Positions 1-7,668 of a stretch of 64,000 nucleotides of DNA are shown in pieces. Source of the stretch: a virus (lineage: Duplodnaviria > Caudoviricetes); the IMG/VR virus record IMGVR_UViG_3300042453_004282, positions 228 through 64,227 of that record. One strand, given 5' to 3'. Position 1 is the first letter of the stretch. Every line of letters begins with the position of its first letter. The translations under genes and the position numbers were made by a program. The notes under the pieces were generated by a model, which made no database searches, was not told the origin of the DNA, and saw only the letters and a program-made list of their open reading frames with translations.

Positions 1-2
1 CC

Positions 3-299
3 GCGTACCACGAGGCGATCCACGCCACCGGCCACAAGAGCCGACTGGCGCGTGACCTCGCCGGGTACGGCCAGCAGTACGCGCAGGAGGAGCTAGTCGC
101 TGAGGTGGGAGCCGCCTTCCTGCTGGCTGAGGTGGGGCTGGACGGGACGGAGGTGCTGGACAACAGCGCCGCCTATGTGCAGGGGTGGGCCAGCCGACTG
201 GGCAGCGACCCCAAGCGGCTGCTGGACGCCGCCAGCGCCGCGCAGAAGGCGGTGGACCACATCCTAGGGGTCCGCTGGGGGGAGGAGGCGGCAGAGTGA
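3..299 (+). CDS. ardC: ArdC-like antirestriction protein, C-terminal zincin metallopeptidase-like domain (5' partial)
   Basis: Frame open from position 3: AYHEAIHATGHKSRLAR...YAQEELVAEVGAAFL...NSAAYVQGW...AASAAQKAVDHIL. HExxH plus EELVAE and SAAYxxxW motifs are typical of ArdC/DUF1738 proteins. Confidence 0.8.
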   Translation, partial: AYHEAIHATGHKSRLARDLAGYGQQYAQEELVAEVGAAFLLAEVGLDGTEVLDNSAAYVQGWASRLGSDPKRLLDAASAAQKAVDHILGVRWGEEAAE

Positions 300-442
300 G
301 CCGGGAGGGGCGGGGGCACAGTCCCCCGCCCCATCCTCACAGGATCGCGCAGGAGCCACGATCCGGCGTCCGGTAAGGGTAGGGGTGCGGTGAGGGGGTC
401 CGGTCGTTCCTAGGCGATTTTAGAGGCATTTACGGGCCTTCA

Positions 443-556
443 ATTTTTTTTGAGAAATCTTCACCGGGGCACTTGACTCCCCCGGAGAAGGGGTTAAGAT
501 CAAGGTATGAGGGACGCACACGGCGTCCCTCTCGCACCCTCAGCAGGAGATCCACG
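443..556 (+). promoter_or_regulatory. Repeated early-promoter cassette 1 (-35 TTGACT, -10 TAAGAT, leader stem-loop, AGGAGA RBS)
   Basis: TTGACT 473-478, TAAGAT 495-500, hairpin GAGGGACGC-acacg-GCGTCCCTC, AGGAGA before ATG 557; near-identical to four downstream copies. Confidence 0.85.
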
Positions 557-832
557 ATGACCGCCACGGCCACGCTTCACATCTCTGCGCAGAAGACCCC
601 CGCGATCACCCCAGCGGACATTGGCCGCACCTTCATCTGGCACGGCGACTACATCATCGACACCGACGACGGCACCCCCACGACCATCACGGGGACGCTG
701 GCGTGGGTTAGCCAGACGGACGACTGGTGCGGGATCATCCCCGACTGGACGCACAGCAGCCCGCAGGGTGCGACCACCTACACGGTCTCCATTAGCGGTC
801 TCCACCGAATCGTCATCCGCCGCGCCGACTGA
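557..832 (+). CDS. Hypothetical early protein (91 aa)
   Basis: ATG 557 follows the cassette RBS; the ORF-track start at 473 is the -35 TTG. Confidence 0.7.
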   Translation: MTATATLHISAQKTPAITPADIGRTFIWHGDYIIDTDDGTPTTITGTLAWVSQTDDWCGIIPDWTHSSPQGATTYTVSISGLHRIVIRRAD

Positions 833-944
833 GAAATTTTCAAAAAATCTTCGCCGGGGGCCTTGACTCCCCCGGAGAAGGGGTTAAGATCCAAGAAGAT
901 GGACGCACACGGCGTCCATCGCGACCCGCAGCAAGGAGATCCCG
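833..944 (+). promoter_or_regulatory. Repeated early-promoter cassette 2
   Basis: TTGACT 863-868, TAAGAT 885-890, hairpin GATGGACGC-acacg-GCGTCCATC, AAGGAGA RBS. Confidence 0.85.
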
Positions 945-1310
945 ATGCGCACCTTCCGCCGCCTCCATGGCCCCGCTGGCCTCACCCTCACCCTCGACTG
1001 CGCCGAGATCTACCCGGAAGACCCCGGCATGGGCACCCCCGCGCTGGTGGAGGTGGTGAGGGGGCGGACCACCGCCAGCGGCACCTTCTGGTGCGCCCTC
1101 GACACCGGGGAGGTGGACGGGACGGTGGACCTCACCCCCCATCAGCTCCTGTGGCTGAGTGAGCAGCACGACACGGTGGAGGCCTTCATCCAGCACTGGA
1201 CGGCAGAGGCTCGCCGGGAGATGGCCGAGGTGCGCGCCGAGGCTGCCGCCGAGTACGAGGCGCTGACGGCTGGCATCGACGCCGATCTTGAAGCCAACGG
1301 GGAGTGGTAA
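945..1310 (+). CDS. Hypothetical acidic early protein (121 aa)
   Basis: ORF directly after the cassette RBS with GC3-rich codons. Confidence 0.75.
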   Translation: MRTFRRLHGPAGLTLTLDCAEIYPEDPGMGTPALVEVVRGRTTASGTFWCALDTGEVDGTVDLTPHQLLWLSEQHDTVEAFIQHWTAEARREMAEVRAEAAAEYEALTAGIDADLEANGEW

Positions 1311-1414
1311 AAAAAATGGCCGGGGGGACTTGCGCCCCCCGGCACCCTAGGTTAGGATCCAAGGAGAGGGGCGACACTCCGTCGCCCCTCGCGACCCCAG
1401 CAGGAGATCCCGCC
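1311..1414 (+). promoter_or_regulatory. Repeated early-promoter cassette 3
   Basis: TTGCGC 1330-1335, 17-bp spacer, TAGGAT 1353-1358, hairpin GAGGGGCGAC-actcc-GTCGCCCCTC, AGGAGA RBS. Confidence 0.8.
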
Positions 1415-1627
1415 ATGTCCGCACCGACCCGCGCCTTCGACGTGAAGATGCCCCGGACCTTCGCCACCGTCGCCAACGCCATCAAGGCGGTGGAGCGCAC
1501 CACCTTTGAGCCGGGGCTGACCTATGTGATCGCCGTGGACGCGCAGGGCCGGTACTTCCCCTGTTTCGTCGGGGAGTCCGCCGCCCATGTGATCCACCAA
1601 GGTTTCGCCGTCATCAGCCGCCGCTGA
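1415..1627 (+). CDS. Hypothetical early protein (70 aa)
   Basis: ATG 1415 after the cassette RBS (MSAPTRAFDV...). Confidence 0.7.
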   Translation: MSAPTRAFDVKMPRTFATVANAIKAVERTTFEPGLTYVIAVDAQGRYFPCFVGESAAHVIHQGFAVISRR

Positions 1628-1742
1628 AAAAAAAAATCCAAAAATCTTCTCCGGGGGGCTTGATTCCCCCGGAGGAGTGGTTAAGATCCAAGGAGAGGGA
1701 CGCACACGGCGTCCCTCCCGCACCCTCAGCAGGAGATCCACG
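1628..1742 (+). promoter_or_regulatory. Repeated early-promoter cassette 4
   Basis: A-tract, TTGATT 1660-1665, TAAGAT 1682-1687, same hairpin and RBS as cassette 1. Confidence 0.85.
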
Positions 1743-2276
1743 ATGACCGCTGCCGCTCTGCTCGCCCGCGCCGCCACCGGCACCCGCATGGTGTCGCTCG
1801 TGTACACCACCCGCGAGACTGGCGAGGTGGCGCGCTACCTGATCGTCCCCGGCGCTACGTTGGAGACGCTCTACCGCAGGGACGCCGCGTGGCTGGAGCG
1901 GGCCTACCGCTTCCTCTCCCGCATCGCCCCGGAGGGGGCCGCGACGGTGGCGGTGGGGCAGGTGCTCGCCAGCCGCGCCGTGTCGCTGGAGACGCCGGGG
2001 GAGAATCCGGCGGCGACCGCCGCCCACGCCTACGACTCCGTGGCGCCGGGGCTGAAGGTCCACCGGGAGAGCGGTGAGGTCCACGTCTCCGGGGTGCTGG
2101 TGGGGAAGGTGGTCCTCACCCCCGGCACTCCCCGCAAGCCGGTGGCCCACCGCACCCCGGTGACCGCCGCGAAGGCCCGGCTCCGCTACATGGTCCCCAG
2201 CGCCAAGTGGCGCCAGTTCCGGCTGGCCGACATGGGCCGGGTGGCGGCAGAGGGGGAGGTGCTGGTGCTGGGCTGA
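1743..2276 (+). CDS. Hypothetical early protein (177 aa)
   Basis: ATG 1743 after the cassette RBS. Confidence 0.75.
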   Translation: MTAAALLARAATGTRMVSLVYTTRETGEVARYLIVPGATLETLYRRDAAWLERAYRFLSRIAPEGAATVAVGQVLASRAVSLETPGENPAATAAHAYDSVAPGLKVHRESGEVHVSGVLVGKVVLTPGTPRKPVAHRTPVTAAKARLRYMVPSAKWRQFRLADMGRVAAEGEVLVLG

Positions 2277-2379
2277 AAGAAAAACGCCGGGGGGCCTTGC
2301 GCCCCCCGGCACCCTAGGTTAGGATCCAAGAAGAGGGGCGCACACGGCGCCCCTCGCAAACGCACCACCGGAGGCTCAG
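2277..2379 (+). promoter_or_regulatory. Repeated early-promoter cassette 5
   Basis: TTGCGC 2297-2302, TAGGAT 2320-2325, hairpin GAGGGGCGC-acacg-GCGCCCCTC, GGAGG RBS. Confidence 0.8.
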
Positions 2380-3225
2380 ATGTCCCGCACCGACCTGCAC
2401 CGCCCCAGCGTCATGATCCCCGCCGACTACGACCTCCTCACGGTCTACTGGTCCGCACGGTACACCCTCGACGGCGAGTGCATCGACGAGGGGTACGGGA
2501 TCGACGAGGCGTCGGCCATCATGGCGGACGCCGTCGCCAGCGGCCAGCCGGTCTACGGGTCCATCGGCCGCTGCGGCTCCTGCGGGGCGCGCTACATCAC
2601 CGGGGCGCTGTACGAGCACCGCCCCACCGGGGAGCTTCTCAACGTGGGCCACGACTGCGCCGACAAAATGTACCTGACCGCCGACTGGACGGCGTCGGAG
2701 CTTGCGGCGAAGCGGGCGGCGGACCGCCGCGCTGCTAGCCTCAACCGGCTGCGCCGTGCGGCCGAGGCGGCGGCGTTTCTCGCGCAGCGTGAGGGGCTGG
2801 AAGACGCCCTCACCGCCACCTACACCGGGGGGCGGCAGCACCACATCCTCCGCGATCTCAGCGCCAAGCTCGCGCAATGGGGGAGCCTGTCGGAGGCGCA
2901 GACGGCGCTGGCCTACCGGCTTGCGGAGGAGGTTCGGGAGGCGAACAGCCGCCCCGTTGAGGTGCTGGTGAGCGCGCCGACTGGCCGGGTGACCATCCGT
3001 GGCCGGGTGGTGGGGCTCCGTGCGGTAGAGTCCATGTACGGGGTCACCCTGAAGGCGACCGTGCGGGTGCCGGTGGACGGGGTGGAGGGCGGCGTGTGGT
3101 ACTGCTGGCTCACCGTCCCCGGTGGCGCTAGCTGGACGCGGGGGGACACGGTGGCGGTGAAGGCGACCGTGGAGCGCAGCGACCGGGAGGGCTGGGGCTT
3201 CGGCAAGCGCCCCGCCGTCGCCTAG
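2380..3225 (+). CDS. Hypothetical protein with CxxC...C putative zinc site (281 aa)
   Basis: CGSCG...VGHDC motif; follows cassette 5 and ends at a terminator. Confidence 0.75.
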   Translation: MSRTDLHRPSVMIPADYDLLTVYWSARYTLDGECIDEGYGIDEASAIMADAVASGQPVYGSIGRCGSCGARYITGALYEHRPTGELLNVGHDCADKMYLTADWTASELAAKRAADRRAASLNRLRRAAEAAAFLAQREGLEDALTATYTGGRQHHILRDLSAKLAQWGSLSEAQTALAYRLAEEVREANSRPVEVLVSAPTGRVTIRGRVVGLRAVESMYGVTLKATVRVPVDGVEGGVWYCWLTVPGGASWTRGDTVAVKATVERSDREGWGFGKRPAVA

Positions 3226-3231
3226 CCGGGA

Positions 3232-3269
3232 GGGGGGAGGCCAAAGCACCGGCCTCCCCCCTTTTTTTT
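3232..3269 (+). terminator. Rho-independent terminator closing the GC-rich module
   Basis: GGGGGGAGGCC-aaagcacc-GGCCTCCCCCC followed by a T-run. Confidence 0.85.
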
Positions 3270-3497
3270 GTTCCTGTCTTTTCCGCCGGGTGGAACGCGG
3301 ACGGGGAACGCGGAGGGAAAGCGCGGATGAAAAGCGCGGACGAATGCGCGCAGGAGCCCGCAGGAGCCCGCAGGAGCGACGAACGCACCCCCGAAAGGGG
3401 GACAACCCCACAACGGGGGGCGAGTCGTTTATAGGGCATTTTAGAGGGATCTGGAAGGGGTGCCGGGATTGTGACGCTCAGGGTGGGGGGGATTCGT

Positions 3498-3597
3498 TGC
3501 AGGAATCGTGCCACCGTCGCCGCCTTGCAAGGATCATGCCAGCGCCGAGGCTATGCAAGGACCGTGCCACGAGGCCCTCTGTGCAAGGATCGTGCCA
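3498..3597 (-). promoter_or_regulatory. Four tandem sigma54 (RpoN) -24/-12 consensus sites
   Basis: Minus-strand TGGCACGATTCCTGCA (3498-3513), TGGCATGATCCTTGCA (3526-3541), TGGCACGGTCCTTGCA (3554-3569), TGGCACGATCCTTGCA (3582-3597); consensus TGGCACG-N4-TTGC; exact 28-bp period. Confidence 0.75.
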
Positions 3598-3605
3598 GAC
3601 TTTTG

Positions 3606-3735
3606 TGTGGATAACTCTGTGGATAACTCTGTGGATAACTCTGTGGATAACTCTGTGGAAATGTGGATAACTCTGTGGATAACTCTGTGGAAAACTCGGT
3701 GAGAAACGACTATCAAAATGTGGAAATGTGGAAAA
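3606..3735 (-). repeat. Tandem DnaA-box array
   Basis: TGTGGATAA (reverse complement TTATCCACA) at 3606, 3618, 3630, 3642, 3662, 3674; TGTGGAAAA (TTTTCCACA) at 3686 and 3727; mostly 12-bp period with CTC spacers. Confidence 0.9.
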
Positions 3736-3994
3736 CTGGGACTCCGGACATCCGCCAGAAGGCGCGGTTAACCCCCCCACCCCCAATATATGTGGCACGG
3801 GGGAATCTTACCGTAGGTCACTGAGGCGCATGGAATTTTTTTTCCGGGGCGAAAAAGGGGCAGGATAGGAAAAAATCACGATGGAACTCTGAGGATGTTA
3901 CTGGGCATACCGGGAGAAAAATTTTTTCCGGGGAAAAATCTCCCTATAGGGTCGTCACCTAAATAGTGAGAACCCTTTTTTTTTTCTTAATACT

Positions 3995-6544
3995 ATGGCC
4001 AAATCAGCCTCCACGGATCTGGAACTCATCCAATGTATTGCCTTTGCGGTGAAGGCGTGTAAACAGAAATCGTTCACGGTGCCCACGACGGTATTTCCCA
4101 AGATTGAACGAGTGCGGGGGATGGCCGTTATTGAAGCGCAATTACAGGATAGGAACACGCCCTTTCTCACCTTCGGGGGGATTACGGTGGCGAAGGAACC
4201 GAATGCCGTGGCGGGGATGGGGGCGTCTGAGGCGGATGTGAGCGCCGCGATCACCGCCTCCCGGAATCGGTTCAAAACCGCAGCCGAGAAGTATGTGGCG
4301 CGACCGATTGCGGGGAGACAACCCACGGAGACGGATATTCGAAACGTGTTGGTCTTGGATCCGCAAGCGTATTTCTATGATTTGGTGAATAACTACGCGG
4401 TGGATCTGTCGGATACGTCCTTGCCGAAGCAGCAGGGGGGGTTGGTGTTTTTCTTGGACAAGGACTTGTCCGTACAGGTGACGATTCCCCATGGGTTTCC
4501 CGTGACCGAGAAACTCTTGCAGATCCTGCCGAAGCGGTATCTGCTCTTGAAAGAGTTGCGTGGCGAGGAGTCCGCAGAAGTGGCGGCGCTGACCAAACTG
4601 GAGACGGCTTACAAAAAACTGGTGAAGGCCGAGGAGCGGCTGGAAGAGGCATTAGCCCCACTCCGGAGCATGGGGAGAAAGCCGACAAAGGGGCAAACGG
4701 ACAAGGAAGCAAAGTTGGAGGAGGTGCAGCAACAGATTAAGGAGAATCGACAAGCGGCCACGCCGAAAATGGGGTACATTCGCATCGTCTCCGGGACGCA
4801 GGGGCGGGCAAAGGATTACAGCGCCCTTGTACCCCATCTGCGGCAGAATTTTCCATGGACGCGCATGCTGGGAAGTTATGCGAAGTACAGTCTCTTTCTG
4901 ACGAAGGGGGGAGACAAGATGACGATCCCGGCGACGATCCTCAAGACATGGAACACCGGGAAGCTGTTGAAGCGCGTGGTGGATCTGGAAAATCCGGCAA
5001 AGGACTATGTGATCTATGATCAGTCGAGTCCGTTCACGGAGACCGTGAAAAATGAAGCCCTCGCGCACATCTTGGACAAAATGCAACTCAATGGATTGAA
5101 CGAGGAACTCTTGTCCCCGGTGGACTTGTTTATCGTCAATCGTCGGATGGAACGCGCCATCATGGACGAGATCCAGAAGAAAATCACGAACAACGCGGAT
5201 GTCCTACTGGATTATGTAAACGACACCCCGCAGCAGCCGACGACCTATAAAACCATTCTTCAGCGACATTTTGACGCGGACGATCTGGTCGGGGTTTCGT
5301 TGAAATTGCCAGAAAAGGTTGGATCGGATCCCTTCATGAAAGTGATGGGGGAATATCGCGGGACGGTCTCACAGGATTTGGCGAAAAAAACGGATCCGTT
5401 CACGCGCTTTTTGATGCACCTGATTCCGTCGAAGATGGATGCGATGATTGACGATTTGATCACGATTCAATTCGACAAGTTTGACATTAAACCCCAGAAA
5501 AAATCATGGTCCTACCCGGTCATCTTTAACTATGATACCATGAAGAAATATGGGTTGCAGAATATGCCCTTCAAATTGGAATTCTTCTTGATGACATGGG
5601 ACAAGGCCGGGTTCAACGGCCAATGGGCAAAAAACAACCCGGTGCCGACACCGGGAAACTGGACCGGTGGGTATGGGATGACGGCGGCAAACTTCCTCTT
5701 TTCCATGTATACCGCCTATGACCCGATTGTGAAGGACTTAGCCGCCATCCGGAAAAAGGCGATGGACGAGACGCTCCAGATGCTCCTCCGTACCGGGCAA
5801 GTGTCACCCGCGACGATGAAGATCCCCACCATACAAGCCGCCCAGCGAGAAGCCGAGCGTCTCTTGTCCGCGCCCCGTATTATTGGTCGATTTAAGGGGG
5901 ACGATTCCCCCCCGATCCTGCGTTTCACCCGGTTGGTGGAAGACGCGCAGTTGCGGGACATGGTGACGCGCATCGCGGCGCTGGAAGCCGAGGAAGCCAT
6001 GCTAGAGCGGGAACCCGCAAAAAACCCCGTGACCACCCGGCGCAAGAGTGAAGTGAAAACCTTGCTCAAAGACCTGAGAGCCCAGAGAAATAAATCACAA
6101 ACGAATCGCGGATCTGAAAGCAATACGGATCGCATCTATACGCTCTATCAGGTCCGTGTCATTGAACGCCTCTTGAGCGAATTGGATACCAGTAAGGCGG
6201 GGAAATGGACGGAATTTTTGCGTCAAGAAAATCAACCGCCTCGAAAGGACGGCCCTTTTGCGCGGAAGAGCGTCTTGGAATATATTGACGCACATTATAT
6301 CGCGGTCCAGTTTTCATGGTTCCTGCTTCGGGGAGGACGGTCCCAACATCTGGCCCTGAAGAAGAAGTTATTCTTGTCCGTATTCGGTCTCATCACGAAA
6401 TCTGGGTATAAGTCCTTTGAGACCTTCACCGATGCGGCGGGAAATCTCCAGACGAAAGACATTCTCCGGGTCGCGGTCATCACCCCGGATCAAAAACGCG
6501 CCTATGCGACCTTCAGTAACGCCCCGTATGTGATGTTCTCATAG
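3995..6544 (+). CDS. Large hypothetical protein (849 aa), possibly nuclease-like or internal virion protein
   Basis: Long ORF with coiled-coil segments and an SPVDLF...LVGVSLK motif; function not established. Confidence 0.8.
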   Translation: MAKSASTDLELIQCIAFAVKACKQKSFTVPTTVFPKIERVRGMAVIEAQLQDRNTPFLTFGGITVAKEPNAVAGMGASEADVSAAITASRNRFKTAAEKYVARPIAGRQPTETDIRNVLVLDPQAYFYDLVNNYAVDLSDTSLPKQQGGLVFFLDKDLSVQVTIPHGFPVTEKLLQILPKRYLLLKELRGEESAEVAALTKLETAYKKLVKAEERLEEALAPLRSMGRKPTKGQTDKEAKLEEVQQQIKENRQAATPKMGYIRIVSGTQGRAKDYSALVPHLRQNFPWTRMLGSYAKYSLFLTKGGDKMTIPATILKTWNTGKLLKRVVDLENPAKDYVIYDQSSPFTETVKNEALAHILDKMQLNGLNEELLSPVDLFIVNRRMERAIMDEIQKKITNNADVLLDYVNDTPQQPTTYKTILQRHFDADDLVGVSLKLPEKVGSDPFMKVMGEYRGTVSQDLAKKTDPFTRFLMHLIPSKMDAMIDDLITIQFDKFDIKPQKKSWSYPVIFNYDTMKKYGLQNMPFKLEFFLMTWDKAGFNGQWAKNNPVPTPGNWTGGYGMTAANFLFSMYTAYDPIVKDLAAIRKKAMDETLQMLLRTGQVSPATMKIPTIQAAQREAERLLSAPRIIGRFKGDDSPPILRFTRLVEDAQLRDMVTRIAALEAEEAMLEREPAKNPVTTRRKSEVKTLLKDLRAQRNKSQTNRGSESNTDRIYTLYQVRVIERLLSELDTSKAGKWTEFLRQENQPPRKDGPFARKSVLEYIDAHYIAVQFSWFLLRGGRSQHLALKKKLFLSVFGLITKSGYKSFETFTDAAGNLQTKDILRVAVITPDQKRAYATFSNAPYVMFS

Positions 6545-6548
6545 CCCC

Positions 6549-6577
6549 TTGACACGCGGCATGGTGGCGTCTATATT
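6549..6577 (+). promoter_or_regulatory. Sigma70-type promoter upstream of purA
   Basis: TTGACA-17 bp-TATATT. Confidence 0.75.
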
Positions 6578-6600
6578 CGAGGGGATCTTTTATCTGAGGG

Positions 6601-7668
6601 GTGTTTGGTATGGTGAAGGCAGTTGATATTGTGGTGGATTTGCAAGCCGGGGATACGGGAAAAGGAAAAGTCACCCACCATCTCCTCAACACCGCGACGG
6701 AGCCGTATACCGCCGTCTGTCGTTTCAATGGAGGAGGAAATGCAGGACACACGATCTATCATCACGGAAAGAAATATGTTACCCACCAAGTGCCATCAGG
6801 TATATTTTTTGGGGTTCCTTGTGTTCTTGGCCTTGGGTGTGTGGTAAATCCCCAAGCACTGGCGGATGAAGTTCGTGCGTTGCGGGAAGACGGCTTCACC
6901 GCTCCCGTGTATGTGGATCGACGTGCCCATGTAACCCGTGCCACCCACGTGGAGACCGACCGAAAGGATAGCGCGCATCTCGGGACAACGGGGCAAGGAG
7001 TCGGTCCCACGATGATGGACAAATACGGACGCACCGGGTTGCGTATGGAGCAGTGGGGGCTAGATGCCTCCGTGTTTCGCCAACTTGATATTTCCGTGAT
7101 TGATACTTTTGAGATGTTTCACACGGAATTCACGCCACACACCGTGCTATGTGAAGGGGCACAAGGCTTTCAGTTGGATGTGGATTGGGGAGATTACCCC
7201 TATGTAACCAGTTCCCATTGCACCAGCGGGGCGGTCGCCCTCAACGGCTTTCCTCCGTCCCGATGGAGAAAGGTGTATGGCGTGATGAAGCCGTATGAAA
7301 CCTATTCGGGATTCAAGTTGTTCAACGCCCGCGTGGATATGGAAACTACCTATGCCGCACTACAGACACTGGGGGGAGAAATCGGCGCGACGACGGGACG
7401 GCGGCGGCAAGTGCGCAGTTTGCATTTAGATGATGTCATTCGTGCCATTTATGTGAATGATGTAACCGATGTGATCATCAACAAGATTGATATCATGGAG
7501 GCCGCACACACGGCTGGATATACGAAGGTATACCAGTACAAGCATAATTTCCTGTGGTGGGCCTATGAGACTCGACAGGATTTTGTGGATGCGGTGACGC
7601 GAACCCTTCGGTTGGAGTGTCCCTATCTGCGCACGATCACATGGTCAGATTCCCCCCATGCGGTATAG
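6601..7668 (+). CDS. purA: Adenylosuccinate synthetase
   Basis: GDTGKGK, GGGNAGHT, GTTGQGVGP, EGAQG, YPYVTSS, GATTGRRR and NKID motifs; start may be ATG 6610. Confidence 0.9.
   Translation: MFGMVKAVDIVVDLQAGDTGKGKVTHHLLNTATEPYTAVCRFNGGGNAGHTIYHHGKKYVTHQVPSGIFFGVPCVLGLGCVVNPQALADEVRALREDGFTAPVYVDRRAHVTRATHVETDRKDSAHLGTTGQGVGPTMMDKYGRTGLRMEQWGLDASVFRQLDISVIDTFEMFHTEFTPHTVLCEGAQGFQLDVDWGDYPYVTSSHCTSGAVALNGFPPSRWRKVYGVMKPYETYSGFKLFNARVDMETTYAALQTLGGEIGATTGRRRQVRSLHLDDVIRAIYVNDVTDVIINKIDIMEAAHTAGYTKVYQYKHNFLWWAYETRQDFVDAVTRTLRLECPYLRTITWSDSPHAV

Noticed and set aside
500-3411. Long overlapping minus-strand ORFs in the GC-rich block
   Set aside because: Expected from stop-codon scarcity at high GC; plus-strand ORFs have the promoters and RBSs.
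3498-3735. CRISPR array
   Set aside because: Repeats are 9-16 bp with 3-12 bp spacers, far too short; they match DnaA and sigma54 consensus sites, and no cas operon is present.
3222-3798. ORFs across the arrays (VDNS/WITL/IHRV/STEL repeat peptides)
   Set aside because: Translations of the 12-bp DNA repeat in different frames; no RBS or coding signal.
6601-7668. PurZ / 2-aminoadenine (Z) genome
   Set aside because: Catalytic Asp, GATTGRRR and NKID are PurA-type rather than PurZ-type, and no datZ/mazZ neighbours were recognised in the window.
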